From Candidatus Binatia bacterium (lineage in GTDB: Bacteria > Desulfobacterota > Binatia > UBA9968), in NCBI GenBank assembly GCA_050735755.1, contig JBOHVR010000019.1:1-31911 (forward strand): a DNA stretch of 31,911 bases, given 5' to 3'. The position numbers and the translations under genes are program-made. Below, one piece after another: positions 18,182 to 26,767 of this stretch. Below the pieces are notes generated by a model. That model worked only from the letters and a program-made list of their open reading frames with translations, had not been told where the DNA came from and did not search any database. Each line of letters starts with the position of its first letter. The stretch's first letter is position 1.

Positions 18182-19642
18182 ATGAAAGCTGCCCGCGTTG
18201 AACTTGTAGACAAGGCTACGGTCTTCGACCCGCGCCTGGCGCTGATCGCCGGTCACGGTTTTCTTGTCGCCTTTCTCGGTCCTGTCGCCGGGATAGTAGT
18301 TTGGCTGCTCCCGCTTGGGCTCGAACCGACAATCCAGAAAGTATTTGCCGTTGTCACCTTCATGGTCATCTACTGGATCTCCGAGCCGGTTGAGCATGCA
18401 GTGACCGCTTTGATCGGATGCTACCTGTTCTGGGCGCTTGAAGTCGTAAAGCCGGCTGTGGCCTTTAGCGGCTTTGCCAGCACGACTCCGTGGTTCCTTT
18501 TCGGCGCGCTGCTGATGGGTGAGGCCGCTTCGCGTACGGGCTTGTCCAAGCGGTTCGGTTATTTGGTGATGCAGAGAGTTGGCGTTTCGTATTCTCAACT
18601 GATTCTCGGCGTTGTTACGCTTGCCTTTCTGCTCAATTTTCTTATCCCGTCGGGGATGGCGCGACTCACGGTGGTTGCCCCTATCGTGATCGGCATCGTC
18701 TCGGCTTTCGGGCTGGGAGCCGGAAGCAATGTGGGAAAGGGCTTGTTTTTGATTCTTACCTATACGTGCGCGCTTTTTGACCGCATGATTTTATCCGGCG
18801 CAGCCAGTATTCTTGCCCGGGGAATCATCGAGGATCAAACCGGGATCGAAATACTCTGGAGTGAATGGCTGCTCGCCTTCCTGCCCGCGGCTGTTGTCAC
18901 GATAGCAGTTTCATGGTGGATGATTCAGTGGCTGTTTCCCCCAGAAAGAAACGAGCTGCCTGACGGGAAAGGATATTTGGAAATTTCACGCCGAGCGCTG
19001 GGATCGTGGAGCGGAGAGGAAAAACGAGCTCTCGCCTGGTTACTCCTCGCCATTGGGCTCTGGTCAAAAGACTCGATTCATCACATTAGCCCTGCGGTCA
19101 TTACCGTCGGCATCGGTCTTCTTCTCGTCTTTCCGCGTATGGGCGTGCTCGAAGGCAAAGCCCTAAAGCAAATAAACTTTCTTACCATAATCTTTTCTGC
19201 CGGCGCGCTCAGTATGGCGAATGTGCTCGCGCATACGGGCGCTGTTAAGAGTTTAACTTCGGTCTTGGCGGGCTGGATAGAGCCACTTCTCACGGGGCCT
19301 GTTTTTTCCGCCTTTTTGCTCTACTGGGCCGCGTTCTTTTATCATTTTCTGCTGGCCACCGATCAGTCGATGCTAAGCACCTCGCTGCCCGTTCTGATCG
19401 AGGTTGCCAACATCCAGGGCTTAAACCCCGTGAGCTTGGCCTTAATGTGGACCTTTGCCACCGGCGCACGACTCTTTGTCTACCAATCTTCGGTTTTGGT
19501 TCTGGGCTACTCGTACGGGTACTTCGGATGCCGGGACCTGGTCAAGGTCGGTGCGGTGATGACCTTGGTGGAGGGGATCGTTTTGCTTTTTCTAGTTGGG
19601 CTCTACTGGCCGATGATCGGCATGAGTCTGTTCCCATATTAG
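18182..19642 (+). CDS. SLC13/DASS-family anion (di/tricarboxylate or sulfate) permease
   Basis: 486 aa polytopic; AFSGFAS...WFLFGALLMG.A...TGLSKR, LIPSGMAR hairpin motif, C-terminal YSYGYF..RDLVKVG. Substrate unknown. Confidence 0.9.
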   Translation: MKAARVELVDKATVFDPRLALIAGHGFLVAFLGPVAGIVVWLLPLGLEPTIQKVFAVVTFMVIYWISEPVEHAVTALIGCYLFWALEVVKPAVAFSGFASTTPWFLFGALLMGEAASRTGLSKRFGYLVMQRVGVSYSQLILGVVTLAFLLNFLIPSGMARLTVVAPIVIGIVSAFGLGAGSNVGKGLFLILTYTCALFDRMILSGAASILARGIIEDQTGIEILWSEWLLAFLPAAVVTIAVSWWMIQWLFPPERNELPDGKGYLEISRRALGSWSGEEKRALAWLLLAIGLWSKDSIHHISPAVITVGIGLLLVFPRMGVLEGKALKQINFLTIIFSAGALSMANVLAHTGAVKSLTSVLAGWIEPLLTGPVFSAFLLYWAAFFYHFLLATDQSMLSTSLPVLIEVANIQGLNPVSLALMWTFATGARLFVYQSSVLVLGYSYGYFGCRDLVKVGAVMTLVEGIVLLFLVGLYWPMIGMSLFPY

Positions 19643-19750
19643 AAGTCACGCAATACGGCTCATGATGGTAGCGTTTCCAATGACAGGAGCTTTACCCGCC
19701 GCAACTGACAAAAAAGGCCGTCGATAGATCGAACGGAATTTGAGTTGCCA

Positions 19751-20755
19751 ATGCATCTTGTCCTAACTGCGAGTATGGTGCTGCTAACTCTGGGCTTGGC
19801 ATCAGCCGATCCCGCTAATGCGCAAGAGCTGAATAGTAAAGCGGTGAAAGCGCAAGATCTAACGACTTGGCAAACTCTTAACCGGGATGGGATCCAAGCC
19901 TACGAAGCGGGGAAGTACGATGCGGCGGAGAAATTCCATCTGGCCGCCATTCGAGAGGCAGAGAAGTTCTCTGAAGCCAGTCCTCGGTTGGCCACCAGTT
20001 TGAGCAATCTCGGAACGCTGTACGCCGCAAAGGGCAGGTATAAAGCCGCGGAAACGCTTCTTAAGCGGGCCGTGGCAATTTATGAAAAATCTTTGGGAAC
20101 GGACGATCCGGAGACCGCTTTAACTTTGATAAATCTCGGATCGGTCTATTATGATCAGGGACTGTACGCCGATGCCGAGGTGGTTTATAAACGTTCCTTA
20201 TCAACTCTGGAGAAGGCATCGGGCCCCAAGCACCCGGCGCTGGCAACGGCTTTCAACAATTTAGCCGAAGTTTATCGCAGCCAGGGGAAATACGCCGACG
20301 CAGAGGCGCTCTACATGCGAGCCTCGGTTATCCTGGAGAAATTGCCCGGGGAGGAGCGCCATCTGGCTTCGACTCTCAACAACCTGGGTCTTCTCTACGC
20401 TGTCCAAAACCGGAATCTTGAGGCAGAGGTGCTTCATATACGCGCATTAGAAATTTGGGGGAAAACGGTTGGCGCAGGCCACCCGGAGGTAGGTGCCGGC
20501 CTCAATAACTTGGCAGAGTTATACTTCAAGCAGGGTAGGTATGTTGAGGCGAAGCCGCTATACGACAGGTCAGTGACGATCCTGGAAGAAACTTTAGGCC
20601 CGGATCATCCTCACGTGGCAAAAGTTCTCTACAATCTGGCTCTGCTGCATTATGCACAGGGGAACTCTGCGGAGGCCGAAGCTATCCTGCGAAAATTAGA
20701 GAAGGCCGAAAAGTACAATTTGCATTCAGATCCGCCTGTGACGCCCGCAAGCTAA
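19751..20755 (+). CDS. Secreted tetratricopeptide-repeat protein (42-aa kinesin-light-chain-type TPRs)
   Basis: Signal peptide ending ANA-QE; about six repeats of AxxLNNLAxLYxxQGxYxxAExLYxRxxxIxEKxxGxxHP. Confidence 0.9.
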   Translation: MHLVLTASMVLLTLGLASADPANAQELNSKAVKAQDLTTWQTLNRDGIQAYEAGKYDAAEKFHLAAIREAEKFSEASPRLATSLSNLGTLYAAKGRYKAAETLLKRAVAIYEKSLGTDDPETALTLINLGSVYYDQGLYADAEVVYKRSLSTLEKASGPKHPALATAFNNLAEVYRSQGKYADAEALYMRASVILEKLPGEERHLASTLNNLGLLYAVQNRNLEAEVLHIRALEIWGKTVGAGHPEVGAGLNNLAELYFKQGRYVEAKPLYDRSVTILEETLGPDHPHVAKVLYNLALLHYAQGNSAEAEAILRKLEKAEKYNLHSDPPVTPAS

Positions 20756-20978
20756 CGTCAACAAAAGCTTCGTGTGTCTTTGCGATAGCGACATTCCGGT
20801 CCTACCCCAAAAATCCTACGGCTCCGATTGTCGCATATGTAGCACCAGCAAACCCGATGCGAGTAAAGTCGGCAGCAGTGCCTGCACGGTTCGCCGCGTG
20901 CTTGTATGGGCTCGGACCACCCGGAACACTAGCGCGCCCTCTTCGCCAACTCCTTCTTGCCGCGATCGCGACAGCTTC

Positions 20979-20996
20979 GCGAGTAAATTTTCTCGC
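20979..20996. promoter_or_regulatory. Candidate enhancer (bEBP binding) palindrome
   Basis: GCGAGTAAA-TTTTCTCGC (one mismatch), 73-90 nt upstream of a sigma-54 promoter. Confidence 0.45.
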
Positions 20997-21068
20997 CAGC
21001 GTTACTTTTCTCCTCATATATAAAGCGCATCAGTTCTGAAAAGAGCTGGAATTGCTTCGATTCTTTTG

Positions 21069-21084
21069 TGGCATAGGCATTGCT
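21069..21084 (+). promoter_or_regulatory. Sigma-54 promoter
   Basis: TGGC-ATAGGCA-TTGCT upstream of the FecR/DUF6600-like gene. Confidence 0.7.
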
Positions 21085-21150
21085 CCTTAAATAATAAGGG
21101 AGTTGGCTTTAAGTCGAACCGAGGAACGGCGAAAGCGGATGGAGAACGAT

Positions 21151-23460
21151 ATGACAGCCTTAATTACTAGATTTGGAATTGCAACGAGCCTCTTCTTGTC
21201 ATTGTTTCTAACGACGTCGCCCGGGCATGGCCAGGAAATCGACCAGACCGTTGCACGACTTTCATTTGTTTCGGGATCGGTTTCTTATAGCCGCGGAGAC
21301 GATCCTGACGAATGGGACCCTGCAATTGTAAACGTGCCCTTCACACTAGGAGACAGGATCTATGCCCCGGAAGATGGGCGGGCGGAGCTTCAGCTTCCCG
21401 CCGGCAATTTCGTTCGCCTCGCGCCGCGCAGCTACTTTTCAGCCTTGAACCTCACCTATGATACCAAGCAGTTTTACCTCGGCGAAGGCAGCGCCTCGTT
21501 CAACATCCGTAATCTCGGCTCCGACGAGACCTTCGAAGTAGCCACGCCGAACATGGCGGTGACTTTTGATTCTGCGGGAAAATACCGCATCGAGGTGGAT
21601 GAGGACGGTAACAGCCGTGTTCAAGTGCGGCGTGGAAGAGTGATTGTGGCCGCCAATGGCAGGCAGATAAGCGTGGAGGAAGGGGAACTTCGGGTTTATG
21701 GCATTGACTCGCCCCGTTACGAACTCGTTGCTCTACGTAGTTTGGATGCATTTGACCGGTGGGTGGACGAACGCGACAGTCGATTTGAGCGAGCGTACTC
21801 AGGCACACGAAACTATGTGAGCGATCAGTTGATCGGGGTCGAAGATTTAGGGGAATATGGCCGCTGGGAGCAGATTCCCGAATATGGTTTCGCCTGGACT
21901 CCTGATCGAGTGGCCGCAGGGTGGCAACCCTATACGGTTGGCCATTGGTTTTGGCAGGACCCGTGGGGCTGGACATGGATCAGCAGGGAACCATGGGGAT
22001 GGGCCCCGAGTCATTATGGCCGGTGGACACATTATCGATCTCGCTGGTATTGGGTGCCGGTCAGACAGAGGGTTCGAGTAGTGAGGTACGAGCCGGCCTG
22101 TGTTGAATTCGTTCGCGTCAGAGATCGCGTTGGTTGGTTTCCATTGCACCCGCGTGATCGCTCTATACCGTGGTGGCGCCGGCGCGCCGCGCCGCAAAAC
22201 GTCACCCATGTTAACCGGCAACATGTTACCGTCGTAAATCAGAACATTTTTGTCTCCGGAAGGAACGTCACCAATAATATCCTGCGCGACTCTGCGCTTG
22301 TGAGGGAGGCGACTTCGGTCAGGGTGATGGAGCACCCACTGCCTGTTCCAACCCGTGCGTCTCTTCGCTCGCGTGAAGAAAGAGAAACAGAGGGTCAGAG
22401 GTTGCACCGCCCGGCAGATAAGATTCTGTCGCGGCCGGCTGTGGTGCGTGTCGCCCCCGCGCCGCCTCCGCCCACATTCCAAGAAAAGTTGCCTGAGATC
22501 GAAAAGAGTCGGGGAAAGCCGATTTCACCGGACAAAGCCTTGGACATGGGTTTGAAAAACCTAAAGACGCCCAACCGGCGCAATCCGATTCGACCGGCAT
22601 CGGTGGCGGCCAACCGCGCGGACTTCGCCCCGCGCAATCCCAGCGCATCGGCGCCCGCACCGCAACCAGTAACTCCCACACGCGGTAAAAAGTTGGCGAC
22701 GGCGGAGGCACCGGTTCTTACCAACCTACCGCAGAGGCCGGGCCGCCCTCAGAAGTATGAAACGCAACCGAAGCAAACACCGCCCGCCTCTGCAGAGCCA
22801 ATCCAAAGGCGCGCTACACCCCCGGAACCACAGCAAAGCAAGCAGGGGCAGGAGCGCGAACTCCAAAAGCGGGAAAGACAGCCCCAAGGACAGCAGCGCG
22901 AAGAGCAACGGCAGCCGCCCAAGGAGGAGCAGCGGGAAGCGCTGAAGCGCCGTGAATTAGAGCGCCAGCAGCAGGAGCAAAAACTGCAGCAGCAACAAAA
23001 ACAACTTCAAGAGCAGAAGCGCGACGAGCTTGAACGGCAACAACTAGAGGCGCAAGGACGCCAGAAAGATAACCAATTGCGCGAACAGAAAGAACAGCAA
23101 GCGCGCAAACAGCGGCAGCTTGAAGAGCAAAAACGTCAAGAACTACAACGGCAACAGCCGGACAAACAATCGCAGCAACAGAAGCTCGAAGAGCAGAAAC
23201 GTCAGGAATTGGCGCGCCAGCGACAGGAGCAAGAGCATCAGAAGCAGCTTCAGGAGCAACAGCAGCTCCGTAAAGAGCAGCAGCAACAACAACTACGCGC
23301 AGTACAGCAGCGTGAAGAACAGAAACGCCAAGTGCTGCAGCGTCAGCAGCAGGAAAAGCAAGTGCAGCAACAGCGCAAAGTGCAGCAGCTCCGCAACGAG
23401 CAGAAGCGCCCAGAGCTCGAGAGCAAAGTCCCTCCGAGACCAGGCACAGTAACACCGTAA
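21151..23460 (+). CDS. Exported FecR-domain / DUF6600-like protein with Pro-rich linker and Q/E/R/K-rich helical tail
   Basis: GGAG SD before ATG 21151; signal peptide; VARLSFVSGSVSY...GRAELQ; DLGEYGRW...GWQPY..GHW...WGWTWIS.EPWGWAP.HYGRW motif; low-complexity tail. Confidence 0.88.
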   Translation: MTALITRFGIATSLFLSLFLTTSPGHGQEIDQTVARLSFVSGSVSYSRGDDPDEWDPAIVNVPFTLGDRIYAPEDGRAELQLPAGNFVRLAPRSYFSALNLTYDTKQFYLGEGSASFNIRNLGSDETFEVATPNMAVTFDSAGKYRIEVDEDGNSRVQVRRGRVIVAANGRQISVEEGELRVYGIDSPRYELVALRSLDAFDRWVDERDSRFERAYSGTRNYVSDQLIGVEDLGEYGRWEQIPEYGFAWTPDRVAAGWQPYTVGHWFWQDPWGWTWISREPWGWAPSHYGRWTHYRSRWYWVPVRQRVRVVRYEPACVEFVRVRDRVGWFPLHPRDRSIPWWRRRAAPQNVTHVNRQHVTVVNQNIFVSGRNVTNNILRDSALVREATSVRVMEHPLPVPTRASLRSREERETEGQRLHRPADKILSRPAVVRVAPAPPPPTFQEKLPEIEKSRGKPISPDKALDMGLKNLKTPNRRNPIRPASVAANRADFAPRNPSASAPAPQPVTPTRGKKLATAEAPVLTNLPQRPGRPQKYETQPKQTPPASAEPIQRRATPPEPQQSKQGQERELQKRERQPQGQQREEQRQPPKEEQREALKRRELERQQQEQKLQQQQKQLQEQKRDELERQQLEAQGRQKDNQLREQKEQQARKQRQLEEQKRQELQRQQPDKQSQQQKLEEQKRQELARQRQEQEHQKQLQEQQQLRKEQQQQQLRAVQQREEQKRQVLQRQQQEKQVQQQRKVQQLRNEQKRPELESKVPPRPGTVTP

Positions 23461-23943
23461 GCAGGGCTTGCGTTCGGGGTTTCGCGCTCGTGTGAGGATC
23501 AACAACACGTTCCACGGATACGAACATGACGACGCTGACAGGGATCATAGCCGGTGAGTTATGCGCCCCACGCCGGTATCCATTACCAAGCCGCCGTGAG
23601 AGCCAAGGAAAAAAGATCGCACCCGAGCTTCCAGGTGAAACTCATCGAGCCGTACTCGAGACCGAGGCCTTTCAGCGCTCCGCCGCGTGGATGGGAGAAG
23701 TCGATAAAGCCTCTGGCTTCCCGCAGGAGGATCGTGGAAGGGCGATCTCAGCTCTGGACTCCTCCTTTGCCTGTCGTGTCCCATGGTTTGACAGAGGGTC
23801 CTTTCAGGTTGAACCAAATGTTTCTAACGGATCGGAATTCCATAGACTAAGCGTGAACGATTCTCGCTCGGTTCATTGTGCGTTTTTGAACTGGCCGCGT
23901 AATGATTCGCTACCGCGTGTGCCAGAATTTGCCAAGCATAGCT

Positions 23944-23959
23944 TGGTACGTCAGTTGCT
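23944..23959 (+). promoter_or_regulatory. Sigma-54 promoter
   Basis: TGGT-ACGTCAG-TTGCT about 90 nt upstream of the gene at 24050. Confidence 0.6.
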
Positions 23960-24049
23960 AAAGCTAGCTTTTTAGAAACGCATTTTCCTGAGACTTTACG
24001 ACGGGAATCACTGTGCGTTAAGCGGCAGCGAGCCAAGTTTGGAGGAATG

Positions 24050-24421
24050 ATGGCGCTGGTAAAAGAAATAAAGCGTTCAGACTCTGTTGTTCCAAGGACG
24101 GGAACGATCTTCCGTGCTGTCGAACATAAGCGTTGCACCATCCGCGCAACCTCATACCAAGTGGGTCCAACCGAGTGGGCGCCCGAAGCTTATTTTTGGA
24201 AGTACACGGAAACCGGCTGGAGGCGGTTCTGGGTCAAAAGTTTTGAGCACTTGTTCGGCAACCAAGGCCTAACCTTCAACGACCGGAGAGATGCTGACTT
24301 CCAGGCATTTAGATTGGCGCGAACATTAATTGATACGATTTTGGGCGAATTACCGAAGCCAATTCCGAAACCCAAGTTATCCTGGGCCTTCCACCTCACG
24401 AAATTCCTGAGGACCTCCTGA
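24050..24421 (+). CDS. Hypothetical protein (MALVKEIKRSD...EHKRCTIRATSYQVGPTEWAPEA...)
   Basis: GGAGG SD (24041-24045), upstream sigma-54 site, and a codon-conserved partial paralogue at 28637-28756. Start 24047 or 24050. Confidence 0.75.
   Translation: MALVKEIKRSDSVVPRTGTIFRAVEHKRCTIRATSYQVGPTEWAPEAYFWKYTETGWRRFWVKSFEHLFGNQGLTFNDRRDADFQAFRLARTLIDTILGELPKPIPKPKLSWAFHLTKFLRTS
24302..24421 (+). repeat. 120-bp imperfect direct repeat, copy 1 (copy 2 at 28637-28756)
   Basis: Ungapped manual alignment, 95/120 identical. Confidence 0.9.
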
Positions 24422-24676
24422 CAATCATCCACGCGATATAGAATAACCAAGAACCTAACCAGCCCTCTCGCATCGACAGCTTCAATGAGAAGTGGATAGA
24501 CTTAGCGGGATTAAGTCGCGGACTGGCGCGGTATCTCTTAAGGTGTGCACATCTGTTTCCGTCCCTGTCGTCTGACGGTGCCTCGCTAGCGCCACCGTAA
24601 ACCCGCTCCAGCCCCCGCCGCTCAAACCGGACGGACCCACCCGGACCCGATATTGACTGACTTTGTAATTAACGCT

Positions 24677-24694
24677 GGCCCGTTTGCACGGGCC
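24677..24694 (-). terminator. GC-rich hairpin downstream of the MscS gene
   Basis: GGCCCGT-TTGC-ACGGGCC, 14 nt past the stop codon; U-tract weak. Confidence 0.4.
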
Positions 24695-24707
24695 GCTCCT
24701 TTGCTGG

Positions 24708-25643
24708 TTAGTTTTTAGCTTCCGGCGCGCCGTCTTTCGCTTGCTTCATCGCAATTTGGAACGGCCCACTGGCCTCTCCCATGTAGAGGGTCCTGTGCGG
24801 AAACGGGATTTCGATTCCGGCCGCGTCGAAAGCTTTTTTCAATCTGCGGCGATATTCCCGCCCCACCGTCCATTGTTGCAGCGGTTGTGTTTTCAATCTG
24901 GCTTTGATGGTTACCGCAGAGTCGCCAAACTCGTCGACCCCAAAAATCTCGATGGAGTCCAACATTGCCGCTTTGTACTCGGACTCCGCCTGCATCTGCT
25001 CCGAAACTTCACGCATGACTTCGACAACTCGGTCCGTGTCTTCCTTATATGCCACCCCCATGTCGATGACGTAAGCGGACCAGCCCTTAGTCATGTTCGA
25101 TAGGGTATTGATGGAACCATTGGGAAAGACGTGGACAACCGCGGCAAGATCCCGTAAGACGATGGTGCGAAACGTGATCGATTCCACCAATCCTCCGGTA
25201 CCGTTGATAATGGCCACATCACCGACACGCACCTGATTTTCCAGTATCAGAAAAAAGCCGCTGACAAGGTCTTTCACCAAATTTTGCGCGCCGAAGCCGA
25301 CGGCCAATCCAACTATGCCGGCGCCGGCAATGATGGGACCAATGTTGACACCGACCTGAGCCAAAATCGTCAAAGCGGCGACAAACCAGATTGCTCCGAA
25401 GACGATCGTCCAGATCACATTTGTCAATGTGCGAATTCTCTTCGAGGCCGGTCCCGGGACGATTTCAGAGGCTGACGCCGTCCCTATAAGGATGGTTTCC
25501 AGCCGATTGATGGCAAGCCGTAAGAATTTGGCGCCGACATACGCGGCCACGGCGATCAAAAGAATCCGCACCAAGGCTAACCCAGAGCCGACACCGATCT
25601 CTATCAGTTTCGGCATGAACTCATCGATGTAGCTACCGACCAT
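24708..25643 (-). CDS. mscS: Small-conductance mechanosensitive channel family protein (YbiO-like core)
   Basis: IIAGAGIVGLAVGFGAQNLVKDLVSGFFLILENQVRVGDV...LRDL...VHVFPNGSI...GIEIPFP; AAGGAGG SD. Confidence 0.95.
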   Translation of the reverse strand: MVGSYIDEFMPKLIEIGVGSGLALVRILLIAVAAYVGAKFLRLAINRLETILIGTASASEIVPGPASKRIRTLTNVIWTIVFGAIWFVAALTILAQVGVNIGPIIAGAGIVGLAVGFGAQNLVKDLVSGFFLILENQVRVGDVAIINGTGGLVESITFRTIVLRDLAAVVHVFPNGSINTLSNMTKGWSAYVIDMGVAYKEDTDRVVEVMREVSEQMQAESEYKAAMLDSIEIFGVDEFGDSAVTIKARLKTQPLQQWTVGREYRRRLKKAFDAAGIEIPFPHRTLYMGEASGPFQIAMKQAKDGAPEAKN

Positions 25644-25966
25644 GCTTTACTCCTCCTTTAGGTTGAAATGTATCGTTCTTGAGCCCTCCCGTGCCGGGGC
25701 TTCGTCCTTGTTTGAAACACGCCGCACAAACGGTTTCTAGTACATCGTAAATTAAACTGCGCGGCAAAGCCTTTCACGGTTCCCATGTATTCCGAGTTCG
25801 ACGTCAGCCGCTGGAGCGCTCCGCTCTCTTTTCGTCTGCGGCAGCCTTATTGGGTTAAGCACGGCTGTTTCGGAATCTGAAACTAGACTCGCAGAGGGCG
25901 ATCTATCATTCTGTGACTACCGAAGCAGGAGCCGAAAAGTGGGTAATGCCCTATGCGAGAAGGAGA

Positions 25967-26007
25967 GTCCTACATGTTACTTAAGAGTGTAGGACATAGT
26001 CCCACAC
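25967..26007. promoter_or_regulatory. Overlapping inverted repeats resembling NarL/LuxR-type boxes upstream of mscS
   Basis: GTCCTACA (25967-25974) ... TGTAGGAC (25988-25995), and GTGTAGGAC-ATA-GTCCCACAC (25987-26007). Confidence 0.4.
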
Positions 26008-26037
26008 GATCGGCTGGGGTCGGTGTGGGGTTTCCTT

Positions 26038-26241
26038 TCACCTCTTGCTCAACCTCAGGCCTTCGTAACCAAGGTATCCGGCAATGACTAAAGCCACCCA
26101 ACTCACCCATCGCGGTACAGCCCAAGCTGCAATGACTGCTTCCCAGCCCAAGACGATTCTAAGAAGATGAAGGACTGCAATAATGAGAAAGATAATGCCG
26201 GATACTAGACAAAACGACCTTCGGTTCAGGGCTAGGTCCAT
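26038..26241 (-). CDS. Small two-helix membrane protein
   Basis: GIIFLIIAVLHLLRIVLGWEAVIAAWAVPRWVSWVALVIAGYL, two hydrophobic segments around an LHLLR motif. Confidence 0.8.
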   Translation of the reverse strand: MDLALNRRSFCLVSGIIFLIIAVLHLLRIVLGWEAVIAAWAVPRWVSWVALVIAGYLGYEGLRLSKR

Positions 26242-26289
26242 ACACTAAGATTCCCGAGTCCTGACCACGAAGCCCGCAACCTCTCAGAG

Positions 26290-26508
26290 CTACCAGAGCT
26301 TTAGGGCAACCGCGTAGCCGGTAAGGAGGCCGTGAAAGAAGGCCTGGCGCTCCTTCTGGCTGGAATTCTGATAGTGACGCGAGGCTTCGTCTAGCGCCTT
26401 CAAGAGCTTTTCACGGCGTTTCTGCCGCGTTCCCCCGCCCAACATCTTATCCAGAAGAACATGCACGGCCTGATCATCGGCGATGGTATATTTATGGTCA
26501 TGAGGCAT
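26290..26508 (-). CDS. Small hypothetical protein (...ERQAFFHGLLTGYAVALKLW)
   Basis: AAGGTG SD before ATG 26508; plausible helical composition; same strand as neighbours. Confidence 0.65.
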   Translation of the reverse strand: MPHDHKYTIADDQAVHVLLDKMLGGGTRQKRREKLLKALDEASRHYQNSSQKERQAFFHGLLTGYAVALKLW

Positions 26509-26767
26509 ACGATTCACCTTCTAAAAACTCGCATCGCACAGCACAGATCGTATGCCAACAAAGAACTCGATTCAATGAGGTTTCGTAGCGCCGGCCGTGC
26601 CTTTGGGTCGTCGACAACCCGCACGGCTACCGGCTGGAGACCGTTCTGGGTGTCCGAGCGCGACCGGGGGTCAAACCATCGAGCCGCAATCGATCAAAAC
26701 TCCACGCCGTGGCCCAACCTAACAGCGGACGAGAAACGACGTATCAAAGAGGGCCCCCAAAGATTTT

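Noticed and set aside
22814..23548. 244-aa Ala/Val-rich minus-strand ORF
   Set aside because: Antisense of the CAG-rich tail of the DUF6600-like gene.
23526..23975. Overlapping ORFs between the DUF6600-like gene and 24050
   Set aside because: None has a convincing SD plus family motif; the region includes the downstream gene's sigma-54 promoter.
26594..26628. Hairpin GCCGTGC...GGGT...ACCC-GCACGGC as a structured ncRNA
   Set aside because: Single isolated stem-loop with no second copy or riboswitch motif; cannot be supported without covariance analysis.
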